The notes under the pieces: model-generated
Told to the model about the DNA's origin: nothing
The model's input: only the letters and a program-made list of their open reading frames with translations
Database searches by the model: none
Made by a program: the position numbers and the translations under genes
Assembly (NCBI RefSeq): GCF_036321535.1
Contig: NC_087447.1
Coordinates: forward strand, 49,416,001-49,480,000
Direction of reading: 5' to 3'
Origin: Camelus dromedarius
Lineage: Eukaryota
Length of the DNA stretch: 64,000 nt
In this document: positions 53,520 through 64,000 of the stretch, piece by piece
Position numbering within the stretch: the stretch's first letter is position 1
Layout: each line of letters opens with the position of its first letter

Positions 53520-54397
53520 CTCCGCGGCCGGGCCCTCAGCACGCCGGCCTCGCGGCCCAGAATGAAGCAGGCTCGGGCTTCGAGCAGCAGCGGGCGGCAC
53601 TCGCCACAGGCCTGCAGCAGCTCGTCAGCCTCCACTTTCTCCAGGAAGTAGGCAGGCGCCAGCAGGGGCAAGCGCACGTGCTCCAGCAGGCGCCGCAGCT
53701 GTCCACGGCGGGCAGGCGTGTCGTGGCGCACCCAGCGCATGGCCGCCTCGAACACAGCCTCCTCGCGCACCACGCCCAGCGCCGGGTCAGCCAGCAACGC
53801 CGCCACCTCGTCGGGCGCCAGCTCCAGGAAGTCGGCGTGGCACGCCACCTCGGCGAAGGCCTGGCGCAGCACGCGGCCACAGCGCTCCGCCAGCGAGGAG
53901 AGTGAGAAGGCAGCGGCTACGCGGCGCAGCGCCAGGCTGTTGGCGGCGCGCAGTCGGCCCTCGAGAAAGCGCGTGCAGGCTTCGCGCAGGCCCGCCACAC
54001 CCAGCCGCTCGGCCAGCGCCAACACTGCGGCCGCCTCCTCCTCGGTGCGCAGCCGCACGCCCGCGCCATACACGTAGTCGAGCACCACGGCCAGCGCTGC
54101 CGCTGCCCCTGCCCCTGCCGGACCCATGCCTAACACCTCTGGCACCACGGGCACCACGGACAGTTCCCCCTCCGGCCGCCCGTTCGCAAACAGGCTGTGG
54201 AAGTAGGCGCTGCCCGCGCTAAGCGCGGCGCGGTGACATGGGAAGTCGCGGCCACCGGTGCGCAGCACCACGTCGGTGAGGGTGCTGCTCCGCCGGTATG
54301 CATTGAGGGTCTGCAGGACGCGTTGCGCGTGGCAGGACCCCGCGCATGGCGCCTCGGAGCCCCGCTCCGACTCCTCTGGCACTGGGCCCTCGAGCAT
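53520..54397 (-). CDS. KLHL35: KLHL35 coding exon 1, BTB and BACK domains; exonic CpG island
   Basis: LTDVVL...FPCHRAALSAGSAYF (BTB) and EEAVFEAAMRWVRHD...LLEHVRLPLL (BACK); acceptor AG at 54400-54399 one base before ATG; donor GTACAG. Confidence 0.95.
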
Positions 54398-56989
54398 CCT
54401 GCCGGGCAGAGAACACAGACAGCGTCGGCAAATCCACCTGGCTGGGGCCGGGTTGGACGGCAGGAGGGCCCTTATCCATTCATTCCCTTGGATGGTTCAC
54501 TAGTTTATTCAGAAAGGTGAGCAGGAACTGAACGCGTGTGCTTTCATTCACACAATCGCTCTTCCTTACATCAACCCTTCCATATTCTTAATGGCCTCGG
54601 TGAGCTAGTCCCTGCCTACCCAAAGGACTAGACCCTATCTTAGCTGTGCCACCTTCTCCCCCACTGACCTACTCCAGCCGTTTTGCTCTTTTTGTTCTTC
54701 AAACTCCCTAAGCTTTTTCCTATCAGTATTGGCAGGAGGCAGATGGCATACTCTCAAATGGGGTAATTTGAGAAGAGTCTAATATTAAAGGAAGGATTTA
54801 CAAAGGCATCGACGGTGTTTTGGGACTCCCACAAGGACTAGAGCAGTGCCACGTGGCTACCAACAGCAGGGAGCCTTTACCTATCCAGGGTCTGAAGGCA
54901 GAGGCCTGGGAGGTTATTGAAACTTGCACAAAATATCTGTATAAGGAGGGCCCCCTGACAGGAGGTAGTCTTTAGTCCAGGAATTCAGGTGACCCCCCAG
55001 AGATCCAGTGTGTAGGCAGGGTATAACTCTACCCCGCTCTCCTCACCTTATCCTCTTTCCTAAGGATCTCCTGTAAGTGCTCCCCCATTGACCACACCCT
55101 GATTATTCTATTTAATATCTGCTCCTCCCCACAAAGTACAGGATCTGGCCCATAGTAGGTGCTTAATTAGTACCCATTCAAGGTTGAATGAATGTATTAA
55201 GCTAGTATTTATTGAGAGCCTATTCTCTGCCAGGCAGTGAACAAGACATAGTCCCTACCCTCTTGGAGCTCTCAGCTTGGCGGAGGCCCCATGGGGAAGT
55301 ACAGAGCATTGGGGAGCTCAGAAGGGGCATTGAACCCAGTTGGAGCAGTCAGAGAAGGTGTCCCTGAGGGGGAACCATCAGACTGAGAAGAGTAGGTAGA
55401 ATTAGCCAGGTGAAGGGAAGGGAGTAGAGGGAGTAAGTCTCCACCTGAGAGAACAGTCTGTGGACTCAGAGGGAAGAAGGGCATGAGGTTAGAGCCTAGG
55501 CTGAGAAGGAAGTTGGCCCTCTCTCTCTAGTGAGTTCTCTGTTCTCAAGGAAGCCCTGTGGGGAAGTGAAAAGAGCTGGCTCTGAAGACTGATCTGGGTT
55601 CTAATCCTGCGTCTACCACTGACTCACTGTGTGACCTGCACAAGTCACTCCCCCTTCAGGTTCCTAATCTGAAATGGGGTCGTAATGCCTCCCTCATGCA
55701 GTTGTTGTGACTTGGTGACTATTAAATGGATTGTATGAGAGGTGCTTGGTACACAGTACAAGCTCAACAAATGTTTCCTCACATGTTTTTACTATGTGTT
55801 CTAGTTGCTTTTATGTCCATAATTTCATTTGATCCTCACAAACCTGAAAATTTCTTTAAACTCTTTCCTCCCTTTTTAAAGTTTGTCATGCAGTAACAAT
55901 CACACAGAGGGAACCTGTCCTTTGGAGGTTGCTGTGAGGATCAAAGGAGGAGTGTTTGTGAAAGCATTCTACAGACTGAAAGGCTGGTTGGGGTCTGGCC
56001 ATTACAAACATATAGACTCTGCTTGCACACCTCCAGGGACAGGGCGCTCACTCCTTTATGTGGCACCTTACTGTAGGGGAGCAGAGCTCTGCTATCTGCC
56101 CCTTGCCTCTCCTTCCATTCTCTTGATATCAGCTGCTCTGCCTCCTCTGAGACTGCTTTGCCCTGGAAGTCAGATTTGCCTAGTAGTCAGTCTGGCTTTC
56201 ACTGCTCATTCCTTATCCTGGGTGGTGGATCCCTTGTCTCAGCATCAAAGGAAATTAGCTCTCTGGTGGGCAGGGTCTAAGGAAGTTAGCTACTTTGCCC
56301 AAGTAGAGGGGCTGGGGCCTGAATCCACCTGGCTCTAGACTCTGCATACCTAGTGGGTTAGCCATTGGTAGGGTTGGGGTGTGTCCCAAGAAACAGTCCA
56401 GGACCAGAGGAAGGAGGTGAGAGCAGTCATGGGAGCATGCTGCCCCTATTCTTTTCTCTGCTGGCTGAGAAAGCAGCCGCACTCTGAGCTGAGGCTCAAG
56501 AGGGCAGGTCATATCAGCACAGGAGGGACTTCTCTCTACAGAGATGTGACTTCTCTCTGCAGAGATATCCTGGCACAAAGGGTTGCCTGGAGAGGGGAAG
56601 GAGTCCCCCTCCTGGGAAGTGCGCTAGTACTTTTTCATTCATTCTCCTGCTGTCTACTGTGGTGGGCACTGGACACAGTAGGACATCAGACCCCGTTTCC
56701 ACCCTAGAGATTTCCAGTCTTGGCGCTGAAGGACACCCTGTTGGAACATGAAGGGTAGGGAATTCCCAGGCAGGGCTTGATGCAGTTTTCTCCCATCCAA
56801 GCTATGAGTCTAGGCGTCTCAAGCTGAGGGTCCTGACACAGACTGAGGGACCCACCCCCTAGACATTGACATGCGACCCTGTCTCTCTTTCATACCCACA
56901 TCCACTCACACAAACACACTCAGACTTGTAGATACCAGACAGCCAGGGCAGCCCTGGATCCTAAGTCCCCAAGTGTACCTGGCACTTAC

Positions 56990-57150
56990 CTGGCCATGAC
57001 CTCTCCCAGGCACTCTACAGCTGCTGCTCCTGCACTGACCACTCCTGTCTGTCCTGCTGCCTGCAGCCCTGGCAGCCTGGGCTCCAATGTCCCTGCCGCT
57101 CTGCCTGGACTCCCTCTCAGGCTCAGCTGCAGGAGGACAAAGGGGCTGGA
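56990..57150 (-). other. KLHL35: Probable KLHL35 first exon (5' end uncertain)
   Basis: Consensus donor CAG|GTAAGT at 56990/56989; the BTB exon starts with a splice acceptor so an upstream exon is required. Confidence 0.55.
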
Positions 57151-59524
57151 TGCCAGAGGGGAAGGGAGGGGAGTTAGGAGGATGGGGAGGAGGGGATGCT
57201 GGGCTTTTGTTCTACTCTTGGACCAACCCTGGGAAGGGAGAAGGGAGGAGGGTGGGGGTAGATGTGGGATTGACTGTATGTACAACTCTGGGATCCGCAT
57301 GCCTGGATTGGGAGTGATTTGGCACTAGCTGTTCCCCTGAATGATACATGGATGTGAGGGTGGGGGACGGGGTGTGGGGGCTGGGGGGGTTAAGTGTGCA
57401 GGTGTTCCAGAATACCCGTATGTAAGTGTGGAAGTGCATGGGGACATGGTGACTGTGTGGCATTGGGGTGGGTGTGATTGAGTAGCTGTAGGTGTGACTA
57501 AGAATGTAACTGCACAGTTTAGAGGTCTGGGTTTTTCTCCTGCCTCTATGTGACTCTACTGTGTTCCTACATGACAGCAGATATGTCACTGTGGGATTTC
57601 ATGTATCTGGTTATATGCCTTGTGTATCCATATCTGTGTCTGTATCCCTATGTGATGGTTCATTTCTGTGTGTAACGGGGGGCTGTCTCATGGACTGTGT
57701 GTGTGGACAGCATGTGGTCCTGGGGCTGTGGTATGGTGTGAGTTGAGGTGGTTTTTACTCGACAGTGTACTTGCCTTGGAGAGGGCACAGTGAGGCAGGT
57801 GTGGTGTTAATGGGCTGGCCTGGTGGGGGTGGGGGTGAGAACAAAGTAGCTCTGGGCTGGCCTGGCCTCCTAGAATTAGAGGAAAGTGGTTCCACAGGCT
57901 GGTGTCTGATCACTTGCTACCTCTACGAAGGGTCACAGGGCCTGTGTCTGTGGGGCAGGCAAGGGGATTTGCCTTCATGGAAGATGGCACCAGTTTGGGA
58001 GGAGGTTGTCTAGATAAGAGCCTCAGTGGTCCTGGGGCACCTGGAGCCTGGTCCTGGAACTCACCATGCAGCTCCAGGGTGATCACTGCCCACCCCTTCG
58101 ACCCAGCTCTTCATCTCAGCAGGCAAGATGGTCTAGTTGCGACTCCTGCTCTGCTAATCTTATTGGAGTTACTGTGACACTCAAGAGGGTTTGTGAGTGA
58201 AACCCAAGTGCCATGTAGTCTGTGAGGCTGGGATCCTGTAGGAACCTGCCCCCCAGAGGTTCAGGCAGGCCAAGTTTGTGGAAAGAGTCATGATGGGAGA
58301 GGGTCACTGTGATGCTGGCCAAGTGTGTGTTTGATAGGGAAGAGTCTGTTCTGTGGACTTTGCTCCGGGGAATGGTGTATCCCATAAAAAAGGGGTGTAT
58401 GTGTTGCTGTGTGTTAAAGGATGTGAGCGATTCGGGCACCTTTACACCTATACTTGAGAAGGAAGGCCCTGGAGGGTATGGAGGGTGGACTCAGCCTGGA
58501 AAGGTCTCACCCACTAAAGCTAAGAGAGGAAGGAAGGAGTAGGTCTGCAGGGGTGGCAGGAAGAGAAGGGCCTGTTTCTCTGTAAAGGGCAGTTAGGCCA
58601 TCCTCCACAGACAAAGGAGGACCCACGGAGAGCATTAGGAAGGTAGACTTCTCAGTAACCCCTCAGGTCGAGGGACAGAAGCTAGGATTGACCACAGGCT
58701 GTGGGCTTAGCTGAGGGTGGAGAGGGGTCCACCCATCTGCCCAGCTAGGGGATGGTCTCCATCCTTCTTCCATTGTTTGGGATGAGGGGAGGCAGCTGGA
58801 CTGCCTCTGCATTGGGGAATGGGTGGGTGGGGTACAGTGTAGGGCTCTGGTAAGAGTGGGATGCTGACTGGCTGTTCCACTCAGAACTCCCAGTCCCCCC
58901 TCCCCACTCCTGAAGACTCCAGGATCTCAAGTTGCCCAAGTGTGGCCAGGAGCCTGGGACATGCTGGCCAGTGGGCCCAGGGGCACTGACTGGACAGGAA
59001 AGGGCTGGCAGGAAAGGTCAATTGTGTTTTTTTGGGAAGGACTGCCAGAGGCTGGAGAGGAGGTTACTGGGGCATTTGGGTGGGGCAGTGTGCCCCACTC
59101 CTGACCCAGACATTACAAGTTTCACTCACACTTCTTGGTGCCCAGGAGAGGCTGGAGCTGACCTCTGCCCCAGAAAGGGAGCACTTGGCAGATGTCTGAA
59201 AGTGATACTCCCTGGGGCCAGATACTACCCCCCCCGGGGGGGGTGGATTCCGGCTCTGCCACTTCTAAGCTGTGTGGCTGTGGACAGTCACTTTACCTCT
59301 CCAAGACTGTCTCCTGCATGATATGGGGACATGGGTTCCCAAGCCCAGGGCTGTTAAGGAAGCCCTGGCACTGGGTGAGGCAGGGGAAGGGCACCACCAT
59401 GCCACTCTCCCATTCATTTCTGAGAGTGGTTCTTCCTGTCTTGGGACCTGAATCCCAAACCCAACAAGCTCTGTCCCCACCATTCCACTGACAATTCAGA
59501 GATGATACATGTCAAGGTGGCAGC

Positions 59525-59530
59525 TTTAAT
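59525..59530 (-). terminator. GDPD5: Probable GDPD5 polyadenylation signal ATTAAA
   Basis: Minus-strand ATTAAA ~780 nt past the stop codon. Confidence 0.55.
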
Positions 59531-60306
59531 CATCTTGGCCAAGGTCCCTCAGGCTCCCACTGCTGTAGGCCTCCTTGGCCATATACCCACCCTTTACCAT
59601 GCTTGAACACTTTTCCCACGTGGCCCCTGCCCTGTGCCCACTGACGTGGGAACCTGAGGTTGTGTCAGTTTGTGGATCTCCTGGGCCCTCAGGCCAGTCT
59701 GCCCTGGAGGCCTGTTGGACACTTGGGTGTGGGATCCATCAGCCCCAAGCCTGCTCTTCTGGCCATCTCCAGCTGCTCCTAGGGGATGGCTCAGCCCTCT
59801 CGGGCAGGGCCAGCAGCAGCAGGAGGCTGGACAGGGAGGAGGAGTGTCTCCACCACTGCAGCAGTGTTCCTCCCAGGCCAAGCTTCCTTGTGGGTTGAGA
59901 CTGATGGAAGAGCACAGGCCCTCTAGGCAGGAGAGACATGAGAAGTCTGTTTCCTTGCAGCGCAGACAAGAGAACAGACATACGGGCACACATGGCTCCA
60001 CATCCTCCATTGCCACAGGGGTCATGGAATAGCCCAGTGACCCCTCAAAGCTTCCAGAATAGGATGCAAGGAAGGGCCTCAGGGAGAGGAGCAGGCCCCA
60101 GGCCACAAACTTCCCAGAAGGAGCCCTGGGCCTGCAGGGGCATCTGGGAGGCTGGAGAGGGGAGCCCCTCCAAGAGAGGCCATGGCTGACAAGGGGCTGG
60201 AGCCGACAAGGAGGCCGTGGAGTTGGCTCTTGGAGCATGCTTCTGCTAGCTCTCCAGGCTTCCCTGTTCTCCACATGAGGTACAGACTGGACAGATCAGT
60301 CTTCAG

Positions 60307-60455
60307 CTAATGCCCACTCTGGTCTGTGAGGATCTTGGCGCGGCTGCTGCTCCCTCGGGGGGCCACAGGGGCAGTGGCGCTGTTGGCGTACATGTCATAA
60401 CTGTTGTCCGAACATACAGAGAGCTCATCGGAGACCTCCATGCCATCGCTGATCT
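60307..60455 (-). CDS. GDPD5: Glycerophosphodiester phosphodiesterase domain-containing 5 (GDE2), last coding exon
   Basis: EISDGMEVSDELSVCSDNSYDMYANS...QSGH* resembles the GDPD5 C-terminus; CAG acceptor, phase 1 matches the previous exon. Confidence 0.92.
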
Positions 60456-61874
60456 CTGTTGGGCCAGAGGAAGCAGAATGTGAGTGTGGGGAGGAGAGGA
60501 ATGGACGAGGATGGCAGCAGATGCAGTGGGAAGAATGGTCTGTGGCAACAGGTGTGATATTGAGTTTGGCATTCAAGGCCCTTCTTGGTCTCTGTGAACC
60601 CTCTGGCTGCACCTCAGTCTCCTCTCCCCTGGAACTCTACCTTCCAGCCACAGAAAACTATGTGCACCCTCATGAGCTTGCCATGCACGAGTTTACTCTC
60701 CTCAGGGCTCTGCATATACTGGCCTGTCTCCTGGGAGCGATCTCCTGATACTACCTCCTTTTCTTAAAATCTGGCTAAATTCTTCTTATTTCTATTATTG
60801 CAGCCTCCTCTTGAGCCCCCAGGCCAGGGTGGTGCCTCCTCATGGCTACCCTGCTCCCACCTGCCCCATCATACCCTGTACTGTCACTGTCTGTGGCCCC
60901 CACCGGCTGAAGCACTTTAAGGACAGGGGTGAGGTCTGGGCATCTGTGTGTCCCCAGTACCTGGCACAGTGCTGGACACATAGCAGAGGCTCAGAAAAGG
61001 TCTGCTGAAGGAAGCTAAGCCCACCCCAAGGGGACTCAGGGTACCTTGGGGGGCTGAGGGTCCCTGAAGAGGACTTCTCAACCTGGAGTGGGCAAGGTAT
61101 GAGACCTGTGGCTGACTCCTCAGGGCCAGGACTCAGAAGGTGCTAGGCCTCTCTGGCACTGCAGAAGGGGGTGGAGGGGGGTGGTTCGGGCCTGGGGGAC
61201 AGAACTTGCCAGGCCTAGGTGCTAGCCTCCTGCCTTCCATTCATTCTACCCACCCTTTCTCACTTCTCTGGGCCAGGCACAGTGCAGGAGCCAGACGACC
61301 AAGGGTACCCTGGCTTGGCCCCTTCTAAAACCTCCCCAGTGTCGTCAGAGGGCTGTGGGACACCAGGGGGAGGCACTCCAACCCAGCTTCGGTGCTTAGG
61401 GAAGGCTCCCAGGAGAAGGGTTTCTGAGCAAGGGTAGGAGAAATTAAGTACACCCAAAAGCAAGAATCTGTGTATCTTAAGCACTTATAACAGTGCCTGG
61501 CATGTATTTGTGGAAGGAATAAAGGAGTGAATGAGTAGATGTTCACAGGCTCCTGAGAGTCAGCCTCACTGGGCTCTGGTTCATTTAAGCTGTGTATACC
61601 AAGTACCCCTCTGGGCCAGATGTGGCACTAACCCTCCCAAGTACCCTGTGAGGGGAAGCTAGCCCATTTTACAAATGAGGAGTCTGATGCTGAGGGAGGT
61701 TAGATCATGTGCTCTTGTGCACACAGCTGGGGGATAAGCTGATATTTGAATCCAGGTCCATCTGGCTCCTAAATGTCTCTCAAATCTTTCCTCTCTGTTT
61801 CCATGCCCACATCTCTCATCTGAATTACTGGTTTCCTTGCCCCCAGCATCCCCCTCTAACCCACCCTCCACCCT

Positions 61875-62215
61875 TGTTAGGGGTTGATTTGTGTTTCCCA
61901 AAATTCATATGTTGAAGTCCTAATCCCAGCACCTCAGAATGTGACCTTTGGAAATAAGGTCATTACAGATGTAATTAGTTAAGATGAGGTCATCAGGGTG
62001 GGCTCTAATCCAAAATGACTGGTGTCCTTATAAAGAGGGGACCTTTGGACACAGAGATGCATCTACAAGCAAAGGGGAGAGGCCAGGACCAGATCTTTCC
62101 CTCACAGCCTTGCTTACACCTTGATAATGGACCCTTGGCCTTCAGAACTGAAATAATACATTTTGGTTTTTAAGCCACTCAGTTCATGGTACTTTATTAC
62201 AGCCTTATGGTAACA
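61875..62215 (+). mobile_element. MLT1 (ERVL-MaLR) solo LTR in the last GDPD5 intron
   Basis: aaaattcatatgttgaagtcctaatccc...aatgactggtgtccttataaagag...taagccactcagttcatggtacttt. Confidence 0.85.
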
Positions 62216-62995
62216 AAGAAAAATCTACCTGTAATCCTCTTCTGCTATCAGAACAAAGCCCAAGCTCCTGACCACACACACTCGAGGCTCAAGTTCTTCC
62301 CAAGTGCCATCCTGGGGTGAGTCAGCCAGAGGCCGTCCCTTCAAGCCAGGTACAATGATGTTTAGTTCTTGTTGCCCAGCAAGCAGTGCCCCCTCACTAC
62401 CTCTGAACACATGCTGTTCCTGCCTGGAATGTCCTTCCTTCCCATTTCAGCTATATCCCCTCGTAAAGTAGGTCCTAAAACCTTCCTAACTGCTCCAGGG
62501 AGCTCTGAACCCTTCTGTCCTCCTTGCACCCAACTCTGGCTCAGCACCCCCATCTGTTAGAGCTCTCATGACACCTAATTTTCCATGTGTGTGTTTACAG
62601 CTGCCTCCCCCATCAGACTGGGAATGTCAACAGGGGTTAGCGGCAAGCTGAGGTGAAATCAGTATTTGTGGGGTCTGTGTATGAACCAGGCATGGCAGGA
62701 TGGGCCTTCAAAGCAGACTTCTCCCTCCACCCCTGTATGTCACCCTTGCACACCACCCGTAGGGCTAACACTAATCCACAGTACCTGGCTGCATGTGGAA
62801 GGGTGCACATTTCTGTGTGTGTGTGTATTTGCGTACCTCTGGACCAGTGTGGGCATGAAGCTAGGTGAATATCTGTGCCGTGTCCCTACTGGTATGTGCT
62901 GCGTGTGAAGTGTGTACATATCCACCTGTGTGCACGTGTTGGGTGCAGAGAACAGAGCACAGAGCCTATTTCAACCTATCTGCAGGGCTGCACAC

Positions 62996-63108
62996 CTGAG
63001 AAGATGAGTTTCTCCTTCATGATGCTGACATCCCGGCTGGTCCGGCGTACCGCAGCGCTCAGCATGATCTGCTCAGGGTTGTAGCTCCGTATGCCACCCA
63101 GGCGCCAC
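62996..63108 (-). CDS. GDPD5: GDPD5 penultimate exon (WRLGGIRSYNPEQIMLSAAVRRTSRDVSIMKEKLIFS)
   Basis: CTGCAG acceptor, GTGTGC donor, 113 nt, recognisable GDPD5 peptide. Confidence 0.95.
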
Positions 63109-64000
63109 CTGCAGAGACAGCCCCATGGGCATCAGGTCCTTCCCCTCCCTTCCTGGGAGCAGGGATCTTGCCCACTCCCATGTTCTCTCTGGATCTGGCC
63201 TGAGACCAGCAGGACTCTTGTCCTGTACAGATGGGGAAGCTGAGGCCCAGAGAAGGGCAGAGCTGGGGCTTGAGTCAGTCTGCTCTCAGCCAGGGCTCTC
63301 CAGTCCTCTTACTTCTAGAACCCTAAATCTACTCCCCTTGCCCAGGAAGATGGTTTGGGGTTGGTTACTTATGTTTCAGGTGCCCCCAGTTATACACCTA
63401 GCTCTCTTTGGATAGGAGAAATTTGGGGGTGGGGGTTTCTTAGCAGGCATGAACTCTGATGACCCACCTAGGGTACACACCAGTCTTGAGGAGCCCCAGC
63501 TGATGTCACCTACAGCTCCACCATCAGAACCAGGCTGAGTGAAGCCAGTGAGGAACCCCCAGAGGAAGTGAAGGAAAGCAGGGAGGGGAGGGGAGACAGC
63601 AGGGAGCTTATCTTCACGGGTGCACAAGGCAAGGGTGCTGGAGTGACTTCAGGGTGGGGCCTGCTGCTGCTCTGTTCCAACAGCCTTGGAAGAGTGGGGT
63701 GCATAATCCCTAATGGGGAGGGACAGGCTGGGGTGTTACCCCTTTAATGATGGGGAAAGGTGGGGGCAAAAATTAATTGAATGGGCTGAGAGATGGGGCT
63801 GCATAGGTCATGTAGGGACCAGGCGGAGCTGGGAGAACTTGGGCTCCTTTGCCCAGCCCTGGGTACAGTTTTTGCTGTTACAGTTTTTCTGAACTAGCCC
63901 CAAATCCCTGGCCTTTGAACTTGTATTTTTCTTGGAACCTAGACAGAAGGACTCATTTGACCCCCATCCCCACTCAGGGAAGTGGGGATCAGTTTGGAAA

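Noticed and set aside
54398..62996. GDPD5-KLHL35 read-through fusion protein (same strand, short gap)
   Set aside because: GDPD5 penultimate exon ends in phase 1 but the KLHL35 BTB exon needs phase 2, so the splice would be out of frame; no evidence in the sequence.

Overview
Mammalian (not microbial) genomic DNA, syntenic with human 11q13.4-q13.5. Left to right: ARRB1 exon 1 and its CpG-island promoter (- strand, gene runs off the left edge); ~30 kb of repeat-rich intergenic DNA; the complete RPS3 gene (+, 7 exons, 243 aa) hosting box C/D snoRNAs SNORD15A and SNORD15B; the complete KLHL35 coding region (-, 6 coding exons, 582 aa, plus a probable upstream exon); and the last two exons of GDPD5 (-). 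Four tRNA-Ala-derived SINEs resembling Vic-1 point to a camelid genome. I see no convincing new biological system. The best second-look items are a candidate L1 3' transduction inserted at the RPS3 exon-3 splice acceptor, a perfect 21-bp minisatellite in RPS3 intron 1, an in-frame upstream start for KLHL35, a solo ERV LTR with a TAR-like hairpin at its predicted TSS, a divergent CTCF pair between ARRB1 and RPS3, and dual 28S guides in both SNORD15 copies. Gene and repeat-family names come from recognition of the sequence; no database search was run.
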